The notes: generated by a model from the letters alone, not told the origin. A stretch of DNA of 63,699 bases, filler included, from Aduncisulcus paluster (GCA_024181965.1; 22 parts of 22 records of this genome joined end to end with filler, not necessarily neighbours in it); one strand, 5' to 3'; numbered from the whole stretch's first letter, positions 24,601 through 37,341 are shown. Numbers and translations: made by a program.

Positions 24601-25514
24601 CTGCTCTTGTCTGTTCTGGGATTTCCAAATCATATGGAAAGCACCGTGTTTTGGATAATGTCTCCATCTCAATGCGGCGTGGAGAACGTTGGGCCCTTCT
24701 TGCACGCAGTGGTGGAGGAAAGACCACTCTTTTGAATGCTATCTGTGGTGATCTTCCTTGTGATGGTGGGAAAGTGTTCATTGATGGATTACCAATGACA
24801 GAAAAACTTAGTGCCGATAAGATCTCAATCGTTGGACAAGAGAATAATTTATTCCCTTATTTGTCCGTGTTTGAACATGTTTATGCTCTTGCACACATGA
24901 ATGGGAACTCCCGGAGACACTCAAGAACCATGGCAAGACGAATCATTAATTCTCTTGGATTTAGCCTCGAAGACTATGACAAGAAACCCAAAGAACTCAG
25001 CGGTGGGATGAAACGAAGGTTATCTGTGGCGATCAGTCTTGTGAATAGAGGGAGTGTCGCATTCTTTGATGAGGTTACTGTTGGTCTCGATGTCATTACC
25101 AAACGCTCTTTAGTGCACTCATTAAAGCAGGCGTGTGCCGATAAAGCTTGTCTATTAACCACACATGACACGGAAGTCGTCGAATGGTTTGCTGACAATG
25201 TGTTCGTCTTGGTCGATGGAAAGATTGTGGTTCAAGGTCCGGTATCAGAAGTCAGGGATAAGTCACCATGGCTCGTGAGCATTGTGAACAAGAGAGTGAT
25301 GGAGAGTCTTGTGAAAGATCTGGAAAAAGCTTGTCTGTGGCATGATTGTGATGAGCATTCTGGAGTGTGGAAAATTATGATCAAGGGGCCGCGTGAAAAG
25401 ATAAAGAACCTATTATCGCCTTATTCTCTTCATATTTCTGTCCAAGAACCTTCTCTACAGTCCCTATTTGTCCTGATTAATAAGGGATTTCACTATGACG
25501 AATCCCATTCTTAA
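18636..25514 (+). CDS. Full-length ABCA-family transporter (TMD-NBD-TMD-NBD)
   Basis: Walker A GKSGEGKTT and ARSGGGKTT; signatures MSGGMKRR and LSGGMKRR; DEPTVGLD and DEVTVGLD; large loop after the first TM of each half; C-terminal EPSLQSLF. Confidence 0.92.
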   Translation: MFSLFLKTNFLLELRRYYASIIEVLVIPIVACLILSLVLNSPYGYSDSNIIEVSTPKLPNCDLVSEPDCLELIYYPSCEEARFFAEYLIEKEDINPTLVKAFDNETDMFDFFNKVENRHTLYKSGFYMEETSDSKNNSSTPVEISFNPLTHMINKAFPQIFNSTDLIPYGCDGESGDRCVWMDPGQIISKRAVEALAQLSGTDLLLNMTAALAPAKEAWFNGDSITHTGILYSANPYVCAFIFPIALFSTLMAFVDAGRNREQGVMNSIKLLSSKRFGTEMKWTLAQYVTCFTLGFLGLAVTFICLSIANIGDIPVHSTFSTILFYMFFLLLHYISMSYVFHRLARAQMLGIIFPTAVMVFVLLCTFSNYSNSDKRAENIAAFSTKDILYDLFFPGIPEINFFCDIGRLYSDDGILKSSLGDVEWRYTFGMLFSGFFWFGAFIVIELVCEIFEVIHRNSIRNNTNFNVNFDNNRKQHGDRVDGDTSTPKLCSFEEDQIIHESGSCDSSSSKTIVSVSHLAFCYDNPVLRFVRKVALGIDSCFSSSSKCKSKASDDTVPLLSSIEEKKGGRRVSERSAMDPQPGITGELAEYGTGTKSSKSKQSTKSTKGQKEKSGDYYDGKDKTMSKDSGLEDEEDTNMSCIERAFRATTPIFTDLSFTASTSTAILGKSGEGKTTLFSLLLNLNSPISGSISFSHSEDSYIGYMPQDSNELMFPWLDVRQHIQFAVSLRRNKWVPEEGDEVKMLIEKAQLDLAEHGRLTPLQMSGGMKRRLCLAIALAGDPSLVLLDEPTVGLDPVTRSNVWDTLRKISEDTPLLFSSHIVEEIEALAKNVVLIAGGNAVHQGSVIDLMKSGIAVEINLSKRGEIRKEMMMSRREQAGERHGECEDDRHLPPSFSARSLCSTHSSSDSSSSLLDDHHGHRDDSSSDISRHGGSSSFSLSKKCYRSIYRFLKHNQDEFKDVCVWCEDKIDDDDPLGYGIFGDHSRSHLDGTFSHSIAPPKVEVILLFLNRISDDYSSVQDFLGDSFRKIMGKLGISEEIVMLRAWKTAEAVAALSHKNMKVDYSDKERRKKEKRERKERKRREEEARRAQVSFEKRKKRDQKKEMKQKSQISGSNVSKTDDTSQIEKVHVVESGDMIDHEETLTHDSGSALLEMTSTGMVSSSDVSGLSTARSEALSTMSSVMPSCETSEMPSHITLERESSYYMEIECCCCLDVDQEKGGPRGRGVYCSMRCISILRNVVGFMAALLGPGLLYFGVFVVLTGGKPLYPYVREDQDMNELMKDILPYSHLYTSAEGCDQDILDSIGYAVNVGDISDNSGLMSWVAGHINSIPLEDIASSAELSSVLYEQGDKVFTSSQMDTWPASIDLPYSSFHFYQYSDIDTVSINISDSINRYSDIDPDNLDKRGQGSNSDKLDLFRSYLELLNLSKTLIVDSIPQEEVVSTSDVIVSDSFIHKYLFHFNLVCYKFSQCLDPLHNQDKQFTHSSSYFTDNNNSDPNNRMESTRDGLFVLANLQKCSDRILDDLTHDQRINRELLATIRQHISSILSIGNIMDYDYDNHSSLTDIDKELYGVYYLLERSLDPHAPLTVRSLHTAYLNVVQNFPIANSIAPPIGPSNMHQHSLLLDAFLKESTQGSISASLNVSLQFSGGYYPDVDLISIWVISMLIPWLFISILLSSQFKQFQSLSRYGGPDLVRPIYDVILLIPITIISILVILSIAWLFGVESLRSNGALPMVFLAVGSGIVVTISAYLVVMIVGSLPLTIILSMFLIVMSIMIGTMMPAYGETVDRDWWFLLIPFSLPILMFMRMIINGAVDGQIIPSPRISNHDLLLFATPNARKFLFIFGLCWVHLAVFCIIMVLRKLPGQLIKKLRDEKERKKENVPAESRDADNENGQLLLTFEEEKEMKKKPLSRRERRKKRRIQRDLINGKPSDLLLKADDMDDSSHIHTTALSATSILHDVEESIPAVVEEFARSGGLAFSHFENGPAALVCSGISKSYGKHRVLDNVSISMRRGERWALLARSGGGKTTLLNAICGDLPCDGGKVFIDGLPMTEKLSADKISIVGQENNLFPYLSVFEHVYALAHMNGNSRRHSRTMARRIINSLGFSLEDYDKKPKELSGGMKRRLSVAISLVNRGSVAFFDEVTVGLDVITKRSLVHSLKQACADKACLLTTHDTEVVEWFADNVFVLVDGKIVVQGPVSEVRDKSPWLVSIVNKRVMESLVKDLEKACLWHDCDEHSGVWKIMIKGPREKIKNLLSPYSLHISVQEPSLQSLFVLINKGFHYDESHS

Positions 25515-25814
25515 ATGATTCTCGAGTTTGATAGGATTCACTTATCATATCCAAAAATATACATCGTTTTTATAAATTATTTGTATGATTTGGTAAATTT
25601 AACGAATAAAATAGTTGTTTATATGCAATTTCAAGGCTCTATCTTTATCTTTTTATTAAGGTTATTCATCACATTTTAACCCGTTGTTTTTTTAATATAT
25701 GGCTTTTATATGGGATATTCTGCTGAAATATCGCCTCATCATACTTTGATTAATCTTTGAATTGAATTTTCCAGTTTTGTGTGAAATCTAATATTTTCAC
25801 AACATTTAATTAAT

Positions 25815-28089
25815 ATGAACAAGGAAAAAACCACTTCAACATTAGTAACAATCAATTATAATTCAACTCCTACGATGATAGAACCTGTTACTACTTCTCA
25901 TTCTGATATGGGAGGTAGGAAAGAGGTAGAAGAAATATTTACTGAAGAAAATGAAACAACAGAAGATAAACTTGAGAGAATTGCCCAAGAAAAACAAAAG
26001 AAAGAGGCAGCTGCCTTGGCAGAACTTAAACGGAAAGAATTTTATTCTAGATTATCAGAACCAACAGCTCCACCAAAATCAAGGGGTTCAAGTACAGGAT
26101 TAGAGCATAAATATCCAACTTTATTTAAAAGGCGGCGTGCTCAGGCGGTCGCTCCTTCGATATCGATATATCAGCCCATGTCTGTTCCAACTAGCTATCA
26201 GACACTCCAAACACTCATGAAAAACCCCAATTCCGTTTTAACTTCTGATAACTCTCCATATTTACAACTATTAAAACAATTTCAAACCTCAGGTCAGGAT
26301 CCAAGTGGGTTTTCCGATGAACTATATAAACAACAATTAGATGAGTGGCAATCTCGATTCCTTCAACAATTATCTGTTGAAGCCAAAGAATCTGCTAAAT
26401 CTCCATTCGATCATTCTTCACCCNNNNNNNNNNNNNNNNNNNNCAATTCCGTTTTAACTTCTGATAACTCTCCATATTTACAACTATTAAAACAATTTCA
26501 AACCTCAGGTCAGGATCCAAGTGGGTTTTCCGATGAACTATATAAACAACAATTAGATGAGTGGCAATCTCGATTCCTTCAACAATTATCTGTTGAAGCC
26601 AAAGAATCTGCTAAATCTCCATTCGATCATTCTTCAACCTCTCAGGCATTCGATATTCATTCCCTTGATTCATCAACAACTCCTGGGAAACCAGAGGCTA
26701 TTGACCATGATATTCAACATGGTTCGGCTAGGGAATCAGAGAAACCTATGAAATCCGATGATACTGACGAGACAAATCCAGAGGTTCCAATCCCATCAGA
26801 TGATTCTTATCCTAAATCGGCACTGGCTTTAATGCATCAATCTAACCTGTCAGACAGTGAAATAAGTGCACCAGGTTCCATGAAGGCTTCGAATATTCAT
26901 ACAGAACCTTCAGATGGGTCAAGCAGAGTTCTTCCATCTCCTTTGATGCCTATTATCCCAGGATCTGTGGCATCAACAAGCAAACATGCTACACCGGTGT
27001 CGTCTGGTGCATTCTTATTCCATTCTAAAAATAGAATTCCGGGATCCACTCCCTCTCATTTTCAAAGAGGACCTGCATCTGCCATTCTCAACCCAAAGAC
27101 GGCGTTTTCTCCCTTTCGAACTGGTTCCTTACCACCCCAAGGCCCCCCCATTATTCCTCGGTCAACCAGACCTCGTCTCCCATCTGTTTCTGCCGCCAGC
27201 AAGATACCTCTCCATAACATCTCGAATAGACACTTGAAAGCCTTTTCTCAGATTGCTATCAATGCCCACGATATACCCAATTTCCCTGTTTCACAGCTTT
27301 TGTATGGAAAAGATGCTATGCCAATTCATTTTAATCCATTTCAGCCCTCCATTATTCCCGAAGAAGAGCACAAGAGTAGTGATGGTCGGACTCTGATTCC
27401 GAGTTCTAATAATAGTTCACATTATTCGGGGCATATTGGTCAACAGCTTCGCTTGAAAAGATGGCAGAATTTGGGATCGAGGGATGGTTCTGGGTCGAAG
27501 AATCCAAAGAAAGGAAAGACTAAACCCTCTCTTTTAAACTTATCACCTTTTCCGCCCGAGAAAGATATGGGTACTGCCAGAGACTCGACAGAAATACCTC
27601 TTGCAAAACAGTCTGAACACGATATTGGTACAAAAGATCATGGTATTTCAAGCACGATTCCTGGAGAGTCTTCAACAGAGAATATTGTTGATCCTAAATA
27701 TATTGAGGACGTTGAGAAAGCTCAATTGGTAACTAACTTCTTGCATTCATTCGTTCCTCCCCAACATTGTGTTGTATTGCACTCCTCTCATCCTCCTTCT
27801 GGAGATTTCCTCTCCTTTAAGATTGAGAAACAGCGGCAAAGAGGTGGCGGCCAGAGACGTTTGTCCACAGCCATTAATTCTACTCCAGTAACGACCCCTC
27901 AGAAACCCTCCTCTTCATCTTCTGCTTACCAATCTTTCAAGAGTACCAGTGCGAAAGGATCTCGAACACTCACTGGAAAAGGTCTTGGAAGTTCGAGAGG
28001 CAGAAGAGCTGTGAGTGTTGATGGAAGAGTTGATAATGAATTTGGAATCGCTGCCAGGCAAGCGATGTCTCCTTCAGTTCCGTCTTCTT

Positions 28090-28120
<31 letters not shown>

Positions 28121-30310
28121 TGTTCCACACGGAAGCACGCCTCTTCAACGGGTGAAAGAGGAAGAATGGGTGAGTATTATTATGCCTCCGCTTCACCCAA
28201 GATTCCCTGATCACTGTGGTGTTTACGGTGAGTGGGTGAAACACTTGTTGTCGGAGGACGAGGGCAAGTTGGATGCTGAAGTCAAAGAGTGGGACTCCCA
28301 GCGCCAAGAGAGGATGTTAAAGAAGAAAGAAGATGAAAGGAAACAGAAGGAGAGAAGTAGTCAATGGAATTCAATTGGGGCTTCTCCCAAGGCTATCAAG
28401 GAAGGGCACGACGCTGAAAGAGCCTTTGAAAAGGAACAAAAGGAAGCAGATTTGAAGGCAGAAGAGAGAAGGATTGCTGTCGAAATTGAAATGGAAAGAC
28501 GAAAGAAAGAAGGGCAACGAAGACTTGTTCGAAATACTATTGAGAAGAAAAAAATTAAACGTGGAAACCGAAAAAGTTCGCGAAATATCCAAGCCGATGA
28601 ATCCTCAAGGCTGCAAGATTCCTCAAAGGGACCAGAATCACCAGGAATAGAATCATCAGGAATAGAATCGTCCAAAAATGGAATTCATTTCAATCCTACT
28701 GTGGATTACAAAGCTCATACTGAAGATTCTGAAACCCAACAAACTGATTCATTGCCCAAATATAGTATGACTGAAGCAGATTCCGAAGCCATAGGCAAAG
28801 AAAAGGGAAAAGGAAAAGGAGGTGAAACGACTCAGACATTGACAGAAAATAATCATGATGGTCAAAATAGTCAAGATACTGGAAGAAAAATAATACTCAA
28901 ACACTCAGCTCACGTAGATTCAAAGAGATCCATATTTTCTGAAGAAGAAGAAGCTTTGTTTGAAGATGAATATGAATACGAGTATGAAGTTATTCCTGAG
29001 AGTGAATTAATACCGTCAAATGATATATATCTGTGTGAATTAACTGATGGGAGACAAATATTCCACCCCCGATTACCACCTACTCCTTCACCTCATTCCT
29101 CGTCTCTCTTGATGTCTCTGATGAATGAGACTGTTCGTCTTGTGAAAGAAGCCGAATGGAGCGAAGAAGGGACAGTAGTCAATGGTAGTAATACAATTGG
29201 TTCAAGTTCACTCATACCAACTTCAGATCTCTCTGGTTCTTCCTTATCTGGTGGTGGAATGCGAGAACCAAGCTCAATGTCCCATAATGCTAAACAAAGG
29301 AATTTGAATACATTTTCAACTGCTTTGCAAGCCCTATTTGAAGCTTTGTCCAAACGTACAGTGCTCAGGATGCAAAGGGAATGCGAGGAAACTTTGACTA
29401 GCCTCGATTCTGATACTCTATTTATAGAACAGATTATGGCCATGGAAATTGATTCTCTGAAAAAAGAAGTTGCTAGGTGTCATAATAAGGAAGTTCTTGA
29501 TGCAAAGAAATTGGCAAGTATGAAGACAGATGTTAGTACTCTAACGAGACAACTTGCTGAGCAAAAACAAATCACTATTCGAACTCAACTGCGTTTGGAC
29601 ACTACATTGCTAGAACTTGAAGATTCCCATAAAATATCCCAATTGGCTATTGAAGCAAAGGAAAAAGCTGAAGCTCTCTCTCTTAAAAATGCTGGTCAAC
29701 TCGATGAGGTGAGAGAGCGAGCGATTAAGAAAGGAATTGTCATCCAGACTTCCCAGGAATCACGTGAGCAGCACTGGCTTGACATGGAAAGGAGGTGGAG
29801 AGAGCGAGAAGGTTGGCTAGGCGCTGAAGTGGTGGTTATTAGAGACGCCGAGGACGAAGAGAGAAAGAGGTTGGAAGAGGCGAAGAGGATGAAAGAAGAA
29901 GAGGAAGCGAGGGAAAGGAAGAAGAAAGAAGAAGAAGAAGAAGAAAAGAGGAAGAGAGAAGAGGAAGAAGCGGAAAGGAAGAAGAAAGAGGAAGAGGAGG
30001 AAGAAGAGAGAAAGAAACAAGAGACTGAATCTGGTAAAAAGAAAGGAAAGAAAGGGAAGAAAAAAGGAAAGAAAGCTGGAAAAGGGAAAGGAAAAGATTC
30101 GTCTCGTACTTCAACTTCTTCAGACCATTCATCCTCGCTCAAGACCAGTTCTCTGTCTAAACCAAAGCATAGTGAACAACAACATTCCTCTCAGAGAAGT
30201 GTAGATATCGATTCAAATGGTGAATCTGTTGACTCTGAGTCTGAACACCAAGTTCACGATAAAGCTGATCGTCAACATCAGAGCGAGATCGATGGTTCCA
30301 CAGGAGATGA
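25815..30310 (+). CDS. Large low-complexity/coiled-coil protein, 3' partial
   Basis: About 1500-aa ORF with E/K/R-rich helices and poly-Ser; about 26228-26421 repeated across a gap (artefact). Confidence 0.7.
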
Positions 30311-30410
30311 NNNNNNNNNNNNNNNNNNNNNNNNNNNNNNNNNNNNNNNNNNNNTTAATTAATTAANNNNNNNNNNNNNNNNNNNNNNNNNNNNNNNNNN
30401 NNNNNNNNNN

Positions 30411-30862
30411 CCGGCGAGTTACGGGGGGCGGTGTCCTCGCTGCATCCGCAGGTGCTGGCCGAGCTGGGATTGACGGCGGCAATCCGGGAGCTCGGCCGGC
30501 AACATGCGGCACGGGGTACCGTCGACGTCGTCACCGAGCTGGACGATGTGGGCAGCCCCCCGGTGCAGCCGCTGGTATACCGCGCGGCCAAGGAACTGTT
30601 GACCAACGCGGTGAAACACGGCCGTGCCTCCAGCATTCGGGTTGAGCTCACCCGAGACGGGGACCACCTGACCCTGGTCGTCGCGGACGATGGCAGGGGC
30701 TTCGATCCGCGTGATCTCGTGATCTCGGTCGCCGACGGGCATATCGGGCTGGCCTCGCTGACGGTTCCCATCGAGGCCGCTGGTGGAGAGGTCGCGATCG
30801 ACTCCGCGCCCGGTGCGGGCACCAGGGTCTCCGTCACCGTGCCCGTCGATATGGCAGCGTAG
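30411..30862 (+). CDS. Sensor histidine kinase C-terminus (HATPase_c, NarX-like), actinobacterial
   Basis: ELLTNAVKHG, DDGRGFD, GHIGL, GAGTRV. Confidence 0.9.
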
Positions 30863-30892
30863 GGGAGGCCGCNNNNNNNNNNNNNNNNNNNN

Positions 30893-32340
<1,448 letters not shown>

Positions 32341-32341
32341 C

Positions 32342-32734
32342 TCAGCCCGCCATGAACTCGTCGTAGGCAGAGGCGAGGCCGGCGGGCAGCACCGTGACGT
32401 TGCATTCGCGCTGAGCGTTGCCGATCGGTGCCAAAATGCCGCGTAACTCGTGGTATTCCGTGGGATGAGCGGTGAAGTACATGCGGATGTTGGCGGCTGC
32501 CTCGGGCCGGGACTGATTGGGGGCGGCATCGAACACCGTGCGTGCACCGGGGTGGCTGTCGAGGTAGCTGCGTGTCGCCGACGTGGTGGCGCCGACGGTG
32601 TCGGACAGTCTTTCTTGGCTGCAGTCCGGTGCTGTGACTGCGGTGGGAGCCGTGACGACGGCGGCGAGCCCTCCGAAGAGGCTGATCGCGCCGGCGAGGG
32701 CTGTTTGGCGTATGCGTAGGTTGTGGAGCTTCAT
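32342..32734 (-). CDS. Secreted hemophore-related protein (Rv0203/Rv1174c-like)
   Basis: Signal peptide; PDC..SYLDSHP..YFTAHP.EY.ELRGI..C pattern. Confidence 0.8.
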   Translation of the reverse strand: MKLHNLRIRQTALAGAISLFGGLAAVVTAPTAVTAPDCSQERLSDTVGATTSATRSYLDSHPGARTVFDAAPNQSRPEAAANIRMYFTAHPTEYHELRGILAPIGNAQRECNVTVLPAGLASAYDEFMAG

Positions 32735-32910
32735 GGCATCTTTCTTTGGGTCAGTCGTGCACTGATCCCCGACCTTGTTCCCCGACCCTTGTTTACACAG
32801 TACGCTTGACCGCCGCGAGGTCAACCGACCAGCGGAATCTCCGCGGCGATGCTGACCAGTGGCGCCGGATAACGCTTGGCTTCCTTGGTTACCAGGCTGT
32901 TGAGCAAATA

Positions 32911-33206
32911 TCAGGTCTTGCGAAGTAGGCCTGTTACCCCGGCCAATAGCAGGGCGGTTAGTAACCAGGCCAAGGCCTTTAGAATCCCAAGCTCGGCTTT
33001 CAATGCCGCTGACGTGATGGTCCAGTCGCTGGTTTGTATGGCGACTGGGGGCAGCACGGTACTAAAGGTGAACGCGAATGAGTCGAAGCAAGGTGAGTAC
33101 ACCGTGTCGGCGCAAGGCTCCGTCGCAGTAATCGGCACCGGTGGTGCGTAGTCCGACCGCACCGGCGGGGCTTTCTGTTGTGCGCTCACGGTGCGTTGCG
33201 TGTTCG
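32911..33206 (-). CDS. Membrane protein C-terminus (5' partial)
   Basis: Hydrophobic end LAWLLTALLLAGVTGLLRKT. Confidence 0.5.
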
Positions 33207-33306
33207 NNNNNNNNNNNNNNNNNNNNNNNNNNNNNNNNNNNNNNNNNNNNTTAATTAATTAANNNNNNNNNNNNNNNNNNNNNNNNNNNNNNNNNNNNNN
33301 NNNNNN

Positions 33307-34368
33307 GTGGAAAATAAGTTCAGGGCGTTCTTAATTAAAGCAAGCAGAATATCCGATGAAATGGGAGGCAGTATCGTGGCGATGGATCAGGCAACCGATT
33401 ATGTGACCAGATGGCAGACTTTGTACTCAGAGACTCTAGGCAGTGGCAGACTACAACCAGATCAGAGCAGAGAAGCAGTGGATGTGTTTATTGAGGGAAT
33501 TAAACCAGTTGGTTTCCGTGATAAAATCACCAGAGCCGTGAGAGACTTCCGGATGATGAGTAGAGATGAAAAACGTGCACAATTCCGAACAGGACAGTTT
33601 GAATCAGACGATCTCGATGGTATTTGTTGGTTTACTCTACAGTTGGCAAGGAAAGCCGACTTCCATTCCGTGAAATACAGTGGCATCACAGGTGATGTTT
33701 CTTCAGTGTCAGTGCCTCAGGATGAGCCTGAAAAAGACAGATCAGAAAAACACAAAAGACATACCAGTGACAGTGGACCCCATTCTTTTGACAGTGACTT
33801 TAAAATGTCCAGGAGTTATGGAAATCCCGTTGGAACAGGTTCTTTTGGCAGCAGTGCAGGCACGACAGTGACGGGCAGACCGGTAACACAAAACTTAACG
33901 ACTCAGAGATACCCCAGAACAGAGCCGAAGCCGAGATGCATTTACTGTGGACAGGCGAATCATTGGGTGTGGGAATGCACACACAGAAACGCACAGATAC
34001 CGAGAAAACAGACGTACTCAGATGAATGGAGACGCTACAGTGCTATCTTAACTCAGAAAGGTCGAACCGACGTGAAAAGATTATTCAATGCGTTCTGGAT
34101 AGAATGTCTGGAAGAAGGCAGAGCCAGTGGAATCAGACCACCGCAGACGGCAACAGGAACAAGCAGTGAGCAGAACCAAAGTGAGCAGGGTGTCGCAGCA
34201 CCAGTACAACCACAGCATTCTCATTGGCAGAACATGAAGGATGTACTGTGTTTCAGATGCCTACAGAGAGGACATTTTGGAAAGCACTGCCCAAATCCTG
34301 AAGCTTCAGACGCAGAGAAAGAAAGAGTTTTAGGACCAAAAAGGCGCAGTAAAAGAAAAACCCCTTAT
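33307..34368 (+). mobile_element. gag: Retrotransposon Gag fragment with two CCHC zinc knuckles
   Basis: CIYCGQANHWVWEC and CFRCLQRGHFGKHC (CX2CX4HX4C); FIEGIKP capsid-like motif. Confidence 0.8.
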
Positions 34369-34469
34369 NNNNNNNNNNNNNNNNNNNNNNNNNNNNNNNN
34401 NNNNNNNNNNNNTTAATTAATTAANNNNNNNNNNNNNNNNNNNNNNNNNNNNNNNNNNNNNNNNNNNNC

Positions 34470-34646
34470 GACGAGCTGCGCCGCCAGGCCGACGTCTTCA
34501 CCGACCTGGTCGAGCTGCAATCCAAGCTTGGCCGCGATCCGTCCGAACGGCCGGCGCCGCGCGAACCGCGTCACCACTCCCCGCAATTCCTGCAGCGCGC
34601 GACCACGATGGCCCCACGGGGAGCCGATGACGATTTCGACGAGTAA
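34470..34646 (+). CDS. NYN (LabA/DUF88) domain protein C-terminus
   Basis: DELRRQADVFTDL; overlaps the UDG start. Confidence 0.8.
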   Translation, partial: DELRRQADVFTDLVELQSKLGRDPSERPAPREPRHHSPQFLQRATTMAPRGADDDFDE

Positions 34647-35338
34647 TCTCGTCGCCGCACCGCAGCGTCCCGACAGCAACTGCCAGCTCTGTCCAAGGCT
34701 GGCCAACTTCCGCGCAGAAGCCCGCGCGCGCAACCCGGACTGGTTCAACTCCCCGGTGGAGTCGTTCGGCGATCCGAACGCGCGGTTGCTGATCGTCGGC
34801 CTTGCGCCCGGTATGCAGGGCGCCAACCGGACCGGCCGTCCCTTCACCGGCGACTACGCCGGGGACCTGCTCTATGCGACCCTGCTCGAATATGGCTTCG
34901 CCAGCGGCGTCTATCAGGCGCGGCCGGACGATGGCCTGACGCTGGTCGACAGCCGGATCAGCAACGCGGTGCGCTGTGTGCCGCCGCAGAACAAGCCNNN
35001 NNNNNNNNNNNNNNNNNNNNNNNNNNNNNNNNNNNNNNNNNNNNCCGCTGCCGGCCGAGATCAACACCTGCCGGCAGTTCCTCAGCGCCACCATCGCTGC
35101 GATGCCGAAGGTGTGGGCCATCGTGCTGCTCGGACGCATCGCCCACGAATCGACCCTGAAGGCATTGGGCGTTCGCCTGGCCGCGGCGCCGTTTGTGCAC
35201 GGCGCCGTGCATAGCGTCGGCAAGTACAAGCTCTACGACAGCTACCACTGCTCGCGCTACAACACGAACACAGGCGTGCTGACGACCGACATGTTCCGCA
35301 AGGTGTTCGCGACAGTGCGCAGGGATCTGGAGACCTGA
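34627..35338 (+). CDS. Uracil-DNA glycosylase (family 4/5, UdgB-like), gapped
   Basis: CQLCPRL, GLAPGMQGANRTGRPFTGD, RCVPPQNK, SYHCSRYNTNTG. Confidence 0.92.
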
Positions 35339-35355
35339 CGAAGCGTGGGAGCACC

Positions 35356-35640
35356 ATGCCGGACAATCCATACGTGCCGTTGCGTCCTATCGACTGGGAC
35401 GCGGACGAGGTGACGACGGCAATCGGGGAGATCGTTGCCGACGCGCTCGCCGGCTTTGACCCCGTGGACTTCTGGCCGGCACACCCAAGTGATGACGGCT
35501 TGCCGGACGGCACCGCGAGCTTCTACTTCGGTGCCACAGGGATGATCTGGGCGCTCAACTATCTCAAGTGGGTTGGGGCGACGAAGGCCTCATTCGATTT
35601 CAGTCCGATCCTGCCGCGGCTGATCGAGAACAACAGGGCC
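35356..35640 (+). CDS. LanC-like protein N-terminus (3' partial)
   Basis: WPAHPSD..SFYFGATGMIWAL resembles standalone proteobacterial LanC-like proteins. Confidence 0.6.
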
Positions 35641-35740
35641 NNNNNNNNNNNNNNNNNNNNNNNNNNNNNNNNNNNNNNNNNNNNTTAATTAATTAANNNN
35701 NNNNNNNNNNNNNNNNNNNNNNNNNNNNNNNNNNNNNNNN

Positions 35741-36242
35741 TTTAAAAAGTATCTAAATTTTTCTTTATTTTTAGGATAAAATCTATCTAAGGCTTCTATT
35801 ACCATACTTTGGGACATTGATGGAAAACCTGGAGTAAAAAAATAACGATTTTCTAAAGAAAATCCAGGAACATTATTCACAATATTTTTCAACTGTTTTG
35901 CATCTAAAGGTAAATCTGCCATCTGTATACGATGAGGATAGGCTTCATTTGCAAATTGATCAATAATACATTTTTCCGCATTTTTGTTTCTTTCCATTTT
36001 TCCATTTGTAAAAACATTTGCAGCACACTGTCGTGTATAATCATCAGGTGTAGAACCAATTCCACCAAAACAAAACATAACAGCATCTGGATCAGTTTTA
36101 ATCAGTTTGAAAATATCTTCTATAAAAGGAGGTTCATCTTTGATGACAAAACTTGCTTTTTGTTCCCAACCTCTTTTTAGAAGTTCATTGTTTAAAAATG
36201 AAAAATGAGCATCTTTACGACGCCCATTTAAAAGTTCTGTTC
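35741..36242 (-). CDS. CinA/molybdopterin-binding domain protein (partial)
   Basis: TELLNGRRKD, GGIGSTPDD, PGFP. Confidence 0.8.
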
Positions 36243-36325
36243 NNNNNNNNNNNNNNNNNNNNNNNNNNNNNNNNNNNNNNNNNNNNNNNNNNNNNNNNNN
36301 NNNNNNNNNNNNNNNNNNNNTTCAT

Positions 36326-36895
36326 TTATATTTTACTTTGTATAAATGCATCCATCTCATCAACAATCTCTTCAATTGTTCTTTCACCATTAATTTTAGT
36401 AATTAAATTTTTTGCTTCATAAAAAGCTTGTATAGCTGCTAATGGTTCTGTATAAACTTTCATTCTATTATTAAATACATCAACATTATCATCAGCACCT
36501 CTTGCTCTTCCTAAAACTCTATCACATGCAACCTCTTCAGATACTTCAACTTCAATTACATTTACAAGTTCTACTTCTGATTCATTAAGAAGATATTTAT
36601 CTAGCTCTTCCATTTGTTCACTACTTCTTGGATATCCATCAATTACTACGGTTGGAGTAGGAGCATTTTTAATTGCTGTAACAATTGTTTTGATAACAAT
36701 ATCAATTGGCACTAGATTTCCTTTGCTAACATAAGCATCTATTGTTTTACCAAGTTCACTACCAGTTGCAACTTCAGCTCTAAACATATCACCTGTACTA
36801 TAATGTGTGATATCTTCATGTTTAGCTGCAATTAATTCTGCATCTGTTGTTTTACCACTTCCTGGTGCGCCTATGATTAAAAATAATTTTTTCAT
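36326..36895 (-). CDS. adk: Adenylate kinase
   Basis: [27 protein letters not shown]. Confidence 0.95.
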   Translation of the reverse strand: MKKLFLIIGAPGSGKTTDAELIAAKHEDITHYSTGDMFRAEVATGSELGKTIDAYVSKGNLVPIDIVIKTIVTAIKNAPTPTVVIDGYPRSSEQMEELDKYLLNESEVELVNVIEVEVSEEVACDRVLGRARGADDNVDVFNNRMKVYTEPLAAIQAFYEAKNLITKINGERTIEEIVDEMDAFIQSKI

Positions 36896-37017
36896 GTTTT
36901 TCCTTACTTATGTTTAATTAATGTATTATATCTAATATTATTTAAATTTTATCATACTGTTTTTATAAGATCTATTATATAATCAAATCATGTATAAATT
37001 TACACAAAAGGTAAAAT

Positions 37018-37241
37018 ATGAAAAAACTAATACTATTATTCTGTCTTACAATACTATCCTATGGACAAATGAACTTAAGTGATCCTCAACCTACATTTGA
37101 TAATCCTAGAAAATGGGTTATTAAACTTCATGTGTCAGATGAAAAAACGGTGAATTCAACTTTAGGTACAATTTATAATGTACTTAAAGAATATCCAGCA
37201 GAAGCTATAAATATTTCTGTAGTTGCTTATGGAAGTGGAGT
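37018..37241 (+). CDS. Exported DsrE-family protein (3' partial)
   Basis: Signal peptide; NVLKEY..ISVVAYGSG. Confidence 0.7.
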
Positions 37242-37341
37242 NNNNNNNNNNNNNNNNNNNNNNNNNNNNNNNNNNNNNNNNNNNNTTAATTAATTAANNN
37301 NNNNNNNNNNNNNNNNNNNNNNNNNNNNNNNNNNNNNNNNN

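Noticed and set aside
26228-26636. Internal 64-aa protein tandem repeat
   Set aside because: Exact duplicate either side of a 20-N gap; assembly overlap
29696-30142. Antisense S/F-rich ORFs and the many overlapping ORFs in GC-rich contigs
   Set aside because: Shadows of low-complexity or high-GC coding sequence on another frame or strand
400-30310. Alternative genetic code (TAR=Gln or TGA readthrough) in the eukaryote
   Set aside because: Multi-kb ORFs are open in the standard code and conserved genes end at TAA
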